DNA of 64,000 nucleotides from Paecilomyces variotii (Eukaryota): assembly GCA_004022145.1 (NCBI GenBank), contig RCNU01000006.1; one strand, given 5' to 3'. Made by a program: the position numbers and the translations under genes. A model generated the notes under the pieces. The model made no database searches. It saw nothing but the letters and a program-made list of their open reading frames with translations, and was not told where the DNA came from. Shown piece by piece: positions 37,684 through 48,790 of this stretch; positions within the stretch are counted from its first letter, which is position 1; each line of letters begins with the position of its first letter.

Positions 37684-37871
37684 TCATTGACATTGGGAAA
37701 AATTCCTGAACGTTGCTGAGTATAGCATATTTTTTTTAATGCTGTGCTATTACATATTTTTGAACAGAAAACCATGCATTTGAGGATGGGGATAGACTTT
37801 TTTTCTTCAGCAGCGACTAATATCATCTAAAAGCGAGCATGTAATACAAATTATATTCTCTCATCATAAGG

Positions 37872-39692
37872 TCATCTCTCCTCCACTTTCCTCTTCAGCA
37901 TACCGCAGAAACTCTCAAACAGGACCGTATCAGTTCCTTTCAGCCATCTGACCTGTACGGCCACCTCATTCGCAGAGGCTCTCTCCTGTTTGACTTGGAC
38001 TTTGAATCCCAGAGCCGCCTTCTTCTCGTCGACTTCGTCTTTCTTGACTGCTGCGTCCTCGTTACGTCTCTTTCGACGTGCTTGACGGGACCAGACGTTC
38101 TCCATGGCGAAGCCTACACCTGCGGCCATTCCTGGACGCCAGTGCCATTGGACAGGAAGGAAAGATAGCTCAGTGTTAACCTTTTGACCGATCTCGTCGA
38201 TCGATTTGTCGGATATATGGAAGCTGAATTCTGACGGGAACGGGAGGAGGTGTTTGGGGAAGCCGGCGATACCTCGAGCCACGGACTGTTATTTGGTGTG
38301 AGCTCAATTGTCACAATATGGGTTGGAAACAGTTTTCGACTGTAGACATGGAAATACCCATGAGATACTTACCATTTCTGGGCGTAAGTCTGCCCATGAC
38401 CATGCTATTGCCCAGCGCTTTGTCTTGTTTCCCTGGACGAACTCGGTGACGGCGTAGTTGTGGTTTCCGTACTCCATGAGCTTTTCCACAAGGACAGAGA
38501 CGCTGCTCAGCTTCCCAAGCATGGATGTGTACCATTGCACCCTTTCTCGAAGCTCAAGACTCTCTTCAATCATCCTTGTAACGAAAGCAATTTCACCACC
38601 AGTGGTTACCATTTCCACGTTTGCTCCAGTACATGCCTGTGGATATTTGTGAGCAGAGATAGTACGGATTACTCGAAATAGTAAGCACTTACTGAAAATG
38701 GAGGTCTCTGCTTTGCTTCTGCTGAGGCAATCATCTCTTGCTCGGACTCGTAGAATGGCGGATTACACATGGTAAAGTCTAACCTGTGGCTTTGTCAGTA
38801 TCGGTTTGTTGATGAGTCTTAGTAACGTACCTTTCGACCTCAAGTCTCTGATCGAGGTCAATAAGAGGGCCTTCCGGTATTGTCCGAATAACCTTGATCC
38901 TGGATTCAAGCTTATTTTGTTGGACATTGCGTCGTGCTGATTCTATGTTCTGCTCATCGACATCTGCATCGTCGTGATTAGCTTCCTGAATTTCAGATTC
39001 TGCTGTATTCTCACCTGTTGCTACGAACTTCCATCGCGGTCGTGAAGCACATCCAAGAAGCGGATATATACTGCAACAGCCCGTGCCTCTGCAAAAGTCA
39101 GCAAAGGCTCCATTCTATAGGTCAGAAAAGTGTGGAATAGTACATGTCTAGCCCGATTACATCTCTGTCGGGATCGTAACGATCCCGATATTCGTCTCCT
39201 GTGGTATCCAAGAGATCCTGTAACCATAGAATGTAATTATACCTAATAAAATGTTAGAGCATGTGAGATTAATGAAATTAAGTATTTTCTTCAGACGACC
39301 GCACCTATTTGGCACCTTTCAATCGTCAGTCGCTCAGCCTATCACATACAAGAGACGGGGACGGTACCGGAGGGCATAGTCTGTCCTCTGGCAGATCAAC
39401 CTTGAGGCCGAAATCGCGCAGTAGGAGGCTCTTGGTCAATTGTCTTTCTCCTTAGCCATTAGTAATTTGGCAACCCGCTAAAGTGGTGAAAATGCTAGTC
39501 GTACCTGACAGCATCTGGATCGGTGAAATCCAATTGCCCGTTCGGCTTCACGCTATGAGAGAGATCAGAAATTCCCACGAACCAAGAAAACGCTAGTCTC
39601 AAGTCCACTCACTGTTTTGCAAAGTCTGGGGACTGCAGCGCAAGCGCCGCGAAGTCGACTTCGTCCTTGTAGATGTTTCGCGCTGATTTCAT
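37872..39692 (-). CDS. METTL16: METTL16/RlmF-family (DUF890) RNA m6A methyltransferase, probable U6 snRNA methyltransferase. 10 exons: 39692-39613, 39552-39505, 39443-39368, 39315-39305, 39242-39144, 39088-39015, 38963-38831, 38783-38693, 38636-38373, 38285-37872
   Basis: Manual splicing gives MKSARNIYKDEVDFAALA...LDFTDPDAVRQLTKSLLLRDFGL...RLCPPVPNRYNYILWLQDLL...GLDIGTGCCSIYPLLG...LDFTMCNPPFY...GGEIAFV...WYTSMLGK...TEFVQG..TKRWAIAWS. SAM motif I and the catalytic NPPF are intact. The ORF track largely misses this gene. Confidence 0.9.
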
Positions 39693-40458
39693 CTTTGAGA
39701 CTTATTTTTCACTGGTCAGTTTCTCACATCCGACTCGTCCGTTTCTTCAACCGCCTAGTCTATAACGTCAATCGCGCTATAACCTACCAAGGCAATTGAT
39801 AACGCGGCTGGATCAGGGGAAGAATGTTCATACTCTAGACACGGATCTCGAACCTTAATGGCAGAGCGCCAAGGAGCCACAGTTGGACTGTTATGCTAAT
39901 ATTTATTCAGCATGGCCCTAGATCAGTCCTGCTGGGTTTGTCACTGTACTTACTACTACCTCTGGTTTCTCTGAAAGCGACAGAGCTGAGACAGGCCCAA
40001 GAAGAAACACGCGTAGCTCTGGACCTGGTGGGACGTTCCGTAATGTACCAGCACATCAAGCCCAATCAATCTGGCCGGCCGGATCGGATCTGAGAGAGTC
40101 TCTTTCCACGCACAACTTCTGCCTCTCTAGTGTCGTGTATCTCGCGTGCTAGTCGGCTTGGTCGTCAATTGAATGGCTGGATGCACGACAGGAGGAAGTG
40201 AGATTCTCCGCTTTGTCAATAGCGCCGCGTAGGGCTGGCAAAGCAAGGGCGGGGTGGATGATGTCATGGGCGCTGTAGTCGATGTGAGAAGCACGTTTTT
40301 TTCAGCTGGATTGGGAAAATTTGTGAGATAGAAATAAAGTCGGTGGTGTCAGTGAAGGTGCTTTTGTCGGTGTCGTTATAACTAGGAAGTTGCCTCTGTT
40401 CTTAGAGAAGTGTATTAGCTGCTCTGTGCACTCCAAGCCAGACAAGAACGTCGCAAAG

Positions 40459-43342
40459 ATGGCCCACAAGCTCAAAGATAAGCTGGAGGACAAAATCGAC
40501 CATCTCAGCCATACGCTAAAAGGTAGTGTCGATGCTCTCTGCATTGCGGACTTGGGTTGACGATCGAGTGTCGCGCAGAAAGCCACTTCGAGAAGACGAA
40601 GGCGGAGGCATTCCATCTCAAGCATAAGATCGGCAAACTAGGAAACGTATTCAATCCAAACCATCGCCATGACGAGGAGCATGAGAAGAGAACAGACCAG
40701 AAGCGAAGTTCCATAGCGGAATCCCACCGTTTTCAGTCCTTTGCGCCTGAACACGAAGGCAACAAGGTCAAGTGGTATGTCGATGCACGCGACTACCTCT
40801 GGGCTGTTTCTGTAGCACTTGAGAGAGCCACAGAGACCATCTACATTGCGGATTGGTGGCTCTCTCCTGAACTGTTCCTCCGACGGCCGCCGTATTTCAA
40901 CCAGGAATGGAGGCTCGACCAGGTGCTCAAACGGAGAGCAGAGGCAGGAGTCAAGATCTATGTGATCGTCTACAAGGAAGTCCAACAGGCCCTGACCTGT
41001 AATTCAGCCCATACCAAGCATGCGCTGCGCCAACTTTGTCCCAAAGGGAGCCCAGGTTACGGAAATATCAAAGTGCTCCGCCATCCAGACCACAATGTCT
41101 TTGAAAACCTGGGCGATATGACTTTCTATTGGGTGAGTCAGATACATTTTCTCTGTGTACAGATTCAGGATGGCTGACAGTAGTATCTCCTCCACGAAAG
41201 GCCCACCATGAGAAATTCATTGTGATCGACTACGCGCTGGCCTTTATCGGAGGTATCGACCTTTGTTTCGGTAGATGGGACACTAATGGACATGCCCTGG
41301 CGGATGTGCATCCGTCTGGCATCCAGGACGAAATATTCCCTGGACAGGATTTCAACAACAACCGCATCCTTGATTTCCAGAGTGTAGAGGATTGGCAGAA
41401 TAACGAACTTAGCAAGACCGAATACGGCCGAATGCCGTGGCACGACGTGGCCATGGCGGTCATTGGAGATTGTGTCTATGATATTGCGGAGCACTTTGTC
41501 CTGCGCTGGAACCTGGTGAAGCGGGACAAATACAAGCGTTCTCACGACGTCGACTGGCTCATGCTTGAAGGGCGCACTGGTGAGGATGAAGACCTCGTGG
41601 GAATCCAGCGCCCGTCATACCCCTGTGGAGATTATGTCCAGCATCCGCTGTCACCGCTGAGTACCAAACCACGAGCCATGCAAGGATCGGTTCATGCTCA
41701 AGTTGTCCGTAGCAGCGCCGACTGGAGTAGCGGGATCCTCACCGAACACAGCATTCAGAATGCATACATTGAGGCGATCCGCAATGCGCAGCACTACGTT
41801 TACATTGAGAACCAGTTCTTCAGTAAGGTCTATCCACTTTATGTTTAGAATGAGGCCTTATGCTGACAATATCTAGTTACGGCTACTGGAGACAAACAGG
41901 CACCCATAAACAACAGGATCGGAAGTGCCATCGTCGATGCTTGCGTCCGGGCTGCAAAAGAAGGGAGGAAATTCAGAGTGATTATTATCATCCCAGCTAT
42001 TCCTGGTTTCGCGGGTGATCTACGGGACAGTGCTGCGACAGGCACCCGTGCAATCATGGATTACCAGTATAAGTCAATATGCCGCGGCGAACACTCGATT
42101 ATGGGGCGCATTGCTGCCCAAGGAGTCGATCCCAGACGTGAGTGCCCTTGTCACTAACACCCTGTTATCTGGACTGAGTCCTGATTCCGTGTAGAGCACA
42201 TATTCCTCTTCAACCTCCGTTCTTATGACCGCATCAATAAGACGCCAGCTCTTGTTGATCTAGAGGAGAAAGCTGGGGTTAGATACCAAGACCTTCAGCG
42301 CGCTGAAGCGGAACAGATCATGAGCGAAAGTATACATCCTGCAGTTGGCGAGGAAGCTGATGTCCATGAGAAGAGCTATGCTACTGGAGATGAGGAGAAA
42401 CAAAAACGTATCGATCAGCTGCGAAGATTCGAAGAGCAGCGACGGAAGGCTGGGCATCATGGCGAATCGAGCAGTCCAGACACAATCTCGCAGACGGCAA
42501 TGCTCAATGGCGGAAAGGTCTCTGAGCAGTTTTGGGAAGGTGATCCCGAAGGAGAGAAGGAAAACTACATCCAGGAAGAACTCTATGTCCATGGGAAAGT
42601 GTGCATTATCGACGACAGACTTGTCATTTGTGGTAGCGCCAACATTAACGACAGGGTACGTCCAGAGCTGATATCCTCCATCGGAACTCGTGAGTTACTG
42701 ACGAACGTTTTAGTCCCAGCTAGGCTATCATGACAGCGAACTGGCCATAGTAATGGAAGACAGGGAAATGCTTGATAGTACCATGGATGGCAAGCCCTAC
42801 AAGGCTGCCCGACTTGCAGCCACTCTCCGACGGCGGCTTTGGCGCGAGCATCTTGGCCTGCTGCCTGCTCAAAGCTTTAACGCTGAGAATGACCCAAATG
42901 CTCTGCCCCCCAACGATTGCATGAACGAAAACGACGAGGGACCCGAGTATGAATTTGTCAAGGACCCTCTGGATGACGACCTCTGGGATACCTGGACCGG
43001 ACGAGCAACTACCAACACGGAAGTCTTCCGCCTGCTCTTCCGCGCTGATCCAGACGATAACATCAAGACATTCAATGACTATGACTATTTCTCCCCACGG
43101 GGTTATATCAAGCAAGGCCATCTGCATGACCCGTTCTTGCCAATTAAGTTCGTTAAGGAACAACTGGAGAGGATCAAGGGTCATCTAGTCTGGATGCCTC
43201 TCGATTTTCTGAAGGATGTAAATATGGCTGAGCCCGGCATGTCTGTGAATCAGTTCACAGAGGTGAGTGATATCCTATATACACGTTTTTATCGACGAAC
43301 TTTTGCTGATACCGGTATTACCGACAGAGTATCTACACATGA
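40459..43342 (+). CDS. Phospholipase D lacking PX/PH domains (PldA-like). Introns 40523-40578, 41133-41200, 41823-41876, 42138-42194, 42656-42713, 43264-43327
   Basis: IYIADWWLSPELFLRRP, two HKD motifs (WAHHEKFIVID...GGIDL and YVHGKVCIIDD...GSANINDRS), RMPWHD, YIENQFF and RRRLWREHLG. Confidence 0.93.
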
Positions 43343-44447
43343 TCAATTCATTGGACACCTGTCATTTGCGTCCTGTTCTGAATGTATAATGAGAGCTTTT
43401 CCATTTTACTCTACATGATTCACCCAGTCAGCATTAGTGATGCACATGCTATGGTAATTAATACAAACTAGCTATCTTTTAATTTCCCATTTGATTATTT
43501 TGCTATGTCTTTATATAATGTATTTCAGCAACTGTAAACTGATATCCTGGCAATAAAACACGGTTTTCCAGTAAAAAGTTGGCGAATCAGCCAAGTTGGT
43601 ATTGCTCCATGTTACCTAGTCCCCTCTGTGCTGTTTTAACACTACAGCAGTGGTCAGGGTGGCTAGAACATTAAGTACCTAACAAGGCCATCCAAGGAAA
43701 TGTTCTGGCAAGTTAATGAGGACAATGGGAATAGGAATACGGGTCGACCTAAATATATTCCGCAAGTATTACAACATCTTAGTTGTTGCTGGAATCAAAA
43801 TCTTATCTTTGTCTCGGATTGTTCTGCACTGGCTAATCTTTTCTTTGATTTCTCTCATGATATGGAATGATACTGGTCTATGTATGTGGTATCCAGAAGA
43901 GTGCACATGTACAAACTGCATGAAACGGCTGAGTGTCCCATGCCATACTTAGTATAGAACTAAATAATCATCCAGATATGCAAAGAGCTAAATAACAACC
44001 CCCCACCCCCAAATAACCGCCATGGTCACCTAAACTAGTACTCCTTCCCCTCACCTTTTGAAGAGAATAATCCCCGATGTAATCTCTTGGCAGCGGGAAC
44101 CGCCCGACAAGATAAGCGGCTTTATCAATCATCATATCGGACAAAGAGCAAATTGTCTGACAGATAACGATGAATCGATTACTCTAGAATTTCTATAGGT
44201 CAAACTGTTTTTTGGTCTTCTCTATCAGCGAGACCTTTACATCTTCTGCATCCTTGGCAATATAAGCCTAAACTGTATATAGCATTTTATAGAGACGCTA
44301 GTCTGGCATGGTGAGTCCAGCATAAACCCCACTCATCATCACAGTATTTATATAGGGCCTATGGAAACTGCTTTTGAGAAGTTTTTTCTTTCTGGGGAGT
44401 ATCGGATATAATTACTTCAGAGAATCTGTAGAATATCGCACTAAGCC

Positions 44448-45544
44448 ATGTCTATCAAACGAATCCCCTACTCCGCTCCACGGGAAGAGTTCATCAGCGC
44501 GATTGAGAAAGATGGATGCGTGATCATCCAGAATTTCACAACGAAGGAAAAGCTTGCGCGAGCGCAGAGCGAGGTTCAGCCGTACTTGGATGCTGATGGG
44601 GAGATGAGTAAAGTTGGAGGTTAGTATACTTTTTTTTCGTTTATTATGTTCATTCGATACACTTTACCATGGTTTTAGATGGTTAGCTTATAAATGATGG
44701 AATTGGCATATATAGCACTGAATGGAGGCACGAGAACTTGCACGAAGCTCATTGGACGAAGTAAGACTGTACGAGAGGAGTTCTTTTCAGATCCTTTATA
44801 TCAGGTTAGGTCATCTTTCTCTTGTTTCTCTGTCAATATTATTCATGAATTATGCATTTACACATACAGGACCTATCTGAGCACTTCCTCTCACTCACCA
44901 CTACAAATTACTACAACACCGAACCCTCAACCAACACTACCCATCCACTCCTCTCCATTGCTATCACAATGGACATCCGCCCCGGCGCCGCAGCCCAGCG
45001 TCTCCATCGCGACGACAAGAACCATCATGCTCGCCACGTCCGCACTTCCAGCTACTCGTACGAGCCACATCGGGACATGCTCCTCGGTCTCTTCGTGCCT
45101 GGATGCGATACCACGAAAGAGATAGGCGCCACGCGCGTCGTGCCGGGGAGTCATCTGTGGGGAGACGAAAAGCCGGATTTTGGCCCCGATGGGTGTAAGG
45201 GCGTGGTTGATGCGGAGATGAAAGCTGGAGATGCGTTCGTGATGTTGGGAAGTCTGTATCATGGTGGAGGGGAGTTTATGAAAGATAGTGGTAGTAGGAC
45301 GGTGCATATTATGTTTATGTGTAGTGGGGTTTATAGGCAGGAGGTAAGTTTAGTTTTTGTTTATATCTCTTGATGGTGAATATCTGAAGAAGCTGACTTT
45401 ATCTAGGAAATCTCGTATCTGTCGTATCCGATAGAAGAAGTAAAGACGTATTCGAAACTTGTGCAAGAACGTCTGGGTTGGAAGCAGTCAGAGCCGAACC
45501 TTGGATGGGTCGATTTGAAGTCTCCGGAGTTCATGCTGGAGTGA
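44448..45544 (+). CDS. PhyH-family Fe(II)/2-oxoglutarate dioxygenase, 4 exons
   Basis: IEKDGCVIIQNF, PGAAAQRLHRDD (HxD), GATRVVPGSHLW, MKAGDAFVMLGSLYHGGG (distal His) and YRQEE. Three GT-AG introns; stop TGA at 45542-45544. Confidence 0.88.
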
Positions 45545-45721
45545 TATTGATTCTTCAATGCTTTGAGAAAACAAATGAAGTCCGAAATGCTAGGAGAGTT
45601 CCGTACTATGGACGTATCATCCCGCTCACGAAGGTTTTCTTGTTCTTATTCTTTTTTATCGGTAAATGATATTAACCGTTGGGACGATCTGAACTCATTA
45701 TACAACCCGCATTGTAGTTAT

Positions 45722-47639
45722 CTATTGACCGCCTGGCCCAGCAGCCGTCAAGAAATCGAAATCAACACCTTCTTCGGCCTGGTTCACACTTCTCTCGTAT
45801 AATCCGCGGTATCCTCTCTTCCGACTCCTCTCCGACAATACCCCACTGCTAGAAATGGACCGCTTCCTCTCTTCAATTCTCGCCTTCAGTTCATCATCAG
45901 AGATGTCCAAATGCAGTAGCCTCTTCTCCACATTACAAGTAATGATATCACCGGTCTGGACAACACCAAACGGTGAGTCTGGGAGTGCTGACTCTGGAGA
46001 AATATGTAGCACGATCGTGCCCCCTGCGGTTCCGGACATGCGTCCATCCGATAAACGGAGCATGTCTTTCACTCCACTCGCTCCCAATTTGCGCGGTATT
46101 GGGATCAGACCTGCTTCTGGCATGCCTGGGTTGCCGATGGGTCCGATTCCTTGAAGGACTAGGACAGAGTCTTTGTTCACAGGAAGATCGGGATCATCGA
46201 TGCGCGCGGCTAGATCAGCAGAGTTCTTGAATACAACAGCAGGACCGGAATGTGATAGTAGAGCACGATCTTTGGAAGCGGAGGCCTTCATGACGGCGCC
46301 GTTAGGAGCGATATTACCGTAAAGAACCACCAGCGAGGACGAAGGATACAGAGGATCAGAAAGTGGTCGAATCAGCTGTTGGGAATATGGGAAAGAACGG
46401 AAAGGGGAAGCGTCAAGCACTTCACCCAATGTCTGACCCGAGATGGTCATGGCAGATAGGTGAAGAAGCGGACGAAGCTGGTGCAGAAGCGCAAGCATAC
46501 CACCCGCGTTATGGAAATCGTTCATGTAGTTGTCACCGCTTGGTTTGAGATCAACTAGGAGAGGTGTTTTACGACCAATCTCGTCGAAAGTCTGCAAGGT
46601 AATCTCACCCTGTAACTTCGGGTGGCGGTTTGCAATGGCTAATAAATGCACAACAGCATTTGTCGAGCCACCAATAGCCTGCAGGACTGTTATTGCGTTG
46701 AGAAAAGATTCCTTAGAGAGGATATCCTGAGGAGTCCGTTTCGCCTTTGCAACCGAGACGGCATTTGCTCCTGTCTCCTCCGCTATTCTGAGCCGACCAG
46801 AGGAGACAGCTGGTGCTGAAGCGCCCCGAAGAGGCATCATTCCCAGCCCAGCTGTAATGCAAGCTATGGTGCTGGCGGTCCCCATGACGCCACATGTTCC
46901 GATCTAGTAGAAGCAGTCAGAATACTGATAACACCACCCAGGAGATACGATACTAACAGTTGGCGCTAATTCCTCATTTATGGCTGATATCTCCTCGATA
47001 TCTATCTCGTTGGCTCTGAAGGCTGCCCAGTTATTTCGACAATCCGTACAAGCGCCTAATCGCTGGCCCCGGTGACTACCAGGCATCATGGGCCCAGTAA
47101 TCAGGGGCAGAATTGGCTTATTCGCTGATATACCACCCATAAGCTGCGCGGGAACAGTCTTGTCACAGCCTGGTCTTCGTCAGACTAGTTACAATATCAG
47201 AACAGATGCTAGACGTACCTCCAATCATAATACACGCATCCAACGGTTGCGCCTTAATCATCTCCTCCGTATCCATACTCATCAAGTTCCGCAGGAACAT
47301 ACTAGTCGGATGTGCAAAGGACTCATGAACACTGATAGTTGGGAAATCCACCGCCAGGCCTCCATGGAGCTGTACGCCGCGCTTGGCGGCCTCGATGAGT
47401 TGAGGCACATTGGCATGGCAAGGATTGAACCCAGAATATGTGTTGATAATACCAATTATAGGCCGTGATAAAGCATCATCTGAGTACCCCAGTGCTTTTA
47501 TAAATACCTTTCGAAGGAAAAGAGAAAAATGCGCGTCGCCATATGAGGTCAAGCCCTGACGAAGCCCTGAGGTGGCTTCGAGGGGACGGGAGAGGTCATA
47601 GTCCCCGCCTGACGATGGTTGGTTGTCATCCTGGACCAT
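45722..47639 (-). CDS. IlvD/Edd-family [Fe-S] dehydratase, bacterial sugar-acid-dehydratase-like, no mitochondrial presequence. Exons 47639-47219, 47169-46958, 46903-45722
   Basis: RPIIGIINTYSGFNPCH, PTSMFLRNL, spliced GGCDKTVPAQLM, GTCGVMGTAST, IGGSTNAVVHL, GPIGNPGMPE and LSDGRMSGTAGGTIVLHISPE. Confidence 0.92.
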
Positions 47640-47742
47640 TTCGTCTTGTCTCCAGAATACACCAAACAATTGTTTTGTCTATACTTATGCCATAGTCGGC
47701 GAGAGGTGTACTAATAGACTACATATAATACGCTGACTGTGC

Positions 47743-47823
47743 TTCCGCGATTCCCCCGCACAAATGGCGAGCTCTGCCCCCGCCGGAGAACCTCCGCCTC
47801 TCGGATACATCTCCGTGTTTCCG
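47743..47823 (-). promoter_or_regulatory. CreA-type SYGGRG sites and CGG triplets upstream of the IlvD/Edd gene
   Basis: ccccgc at 47754 and 47778 and ctccgc at 47792 (GCGGGG/GCGGAG on -), 115-160 nt upstream of the ATG. Confidence 0.4.
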
Positions 47824-48367
47824 CTGTCAATATTGAGGAATTTTACAGGAGGTTCTTATATAAGATTAATTCTGAATGCATCTAGTCTCATGGCTCCTGG
47901 ATAATATCGTGTGTTGATGGTATGGTAGTTCCGTAATGTGGTCATTCTATACGATTCATGTGCACAGTGATCGTTATCAAACTACCTTAATATTGGAGAT
48001 TTCCATATATCAGGGCAATCCATTTCTCATAATGAATATTATTGCCAAATTAAAACTTGGATCTAATAATGTCCAGTTATGTTCTTCTCTCTACCTCATA
48101 CATACATTATCACTGACAACAAGACATTATTTTTGGTTTGATCCAAGACTTTCTACATACCGTTTTCAGCTAGTTCCAAATAACTATTCTCGATATCAAA
48201 CTCTCCTGTAAAGGGCATTTAGCATCCAAGAATCATCTTTCTACAACGAGAACTCATCAATTAGTGAGTAACTGACACCTTCACGACAGACAAGTTCATC
48301 TGGAAAGCTTCGAGTTCCAACTTCATCCTACCAATTGTATCCAGTATCCCAGACTAGAACATCTACG

Positions 48368-48790
48368 ATGGCCAACGATACGAAGCATTCAGCATACCCT
48401 TCTCTTATTTCCGTACGACTCTAGCTTAGTAGGAAAGTTGTTTAGTATCATAGGATAGCATAGTGCCAAAACCAGTCAGTCTAGAATAATCAAGTGGCGA
48501 TGTGGGAAAGCAGAGCTTGTTTCTCCGAGATACATCGCTTAAATACCTCCGTGCCTGTTCGGGAGATCATCAAGGTCTGTTATGACAACGGCCGTTTCTA
48601 TATTGAATTGGAATACGTCCCTGAAATGGACCCCAGGCAGCGTGTGTTGTGGTTACTTATCAGAAGAGCAGAAAAAAGAAAAGAAATAAAAGAGACATCG
48701 TTACAGAAATCGTAGGCTATATAAGCTAGCTTCAGAAATTGAATTCTATACCCTAGACAGTAAGTCTTTATATTGGGTATTAGCAAACTT
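48368..48790 (+). pseudogene. Decayed aminoglycoside-phosphotransferase (APH)/kinase-like gene fragment
   Basis: Joining frames gives ...RIIKWRCGKAELVSPRYIA*/NTSVPVREIIKVCYDNGRFYIELEYVPEM.../KRDIVTEIVGYIS*LQKL.../YIG. This follows the order of motifs I recall for fungal APH N-lobes. In-frame stops and frameshifts; no C-lobe visible. Confidence 0.55.
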
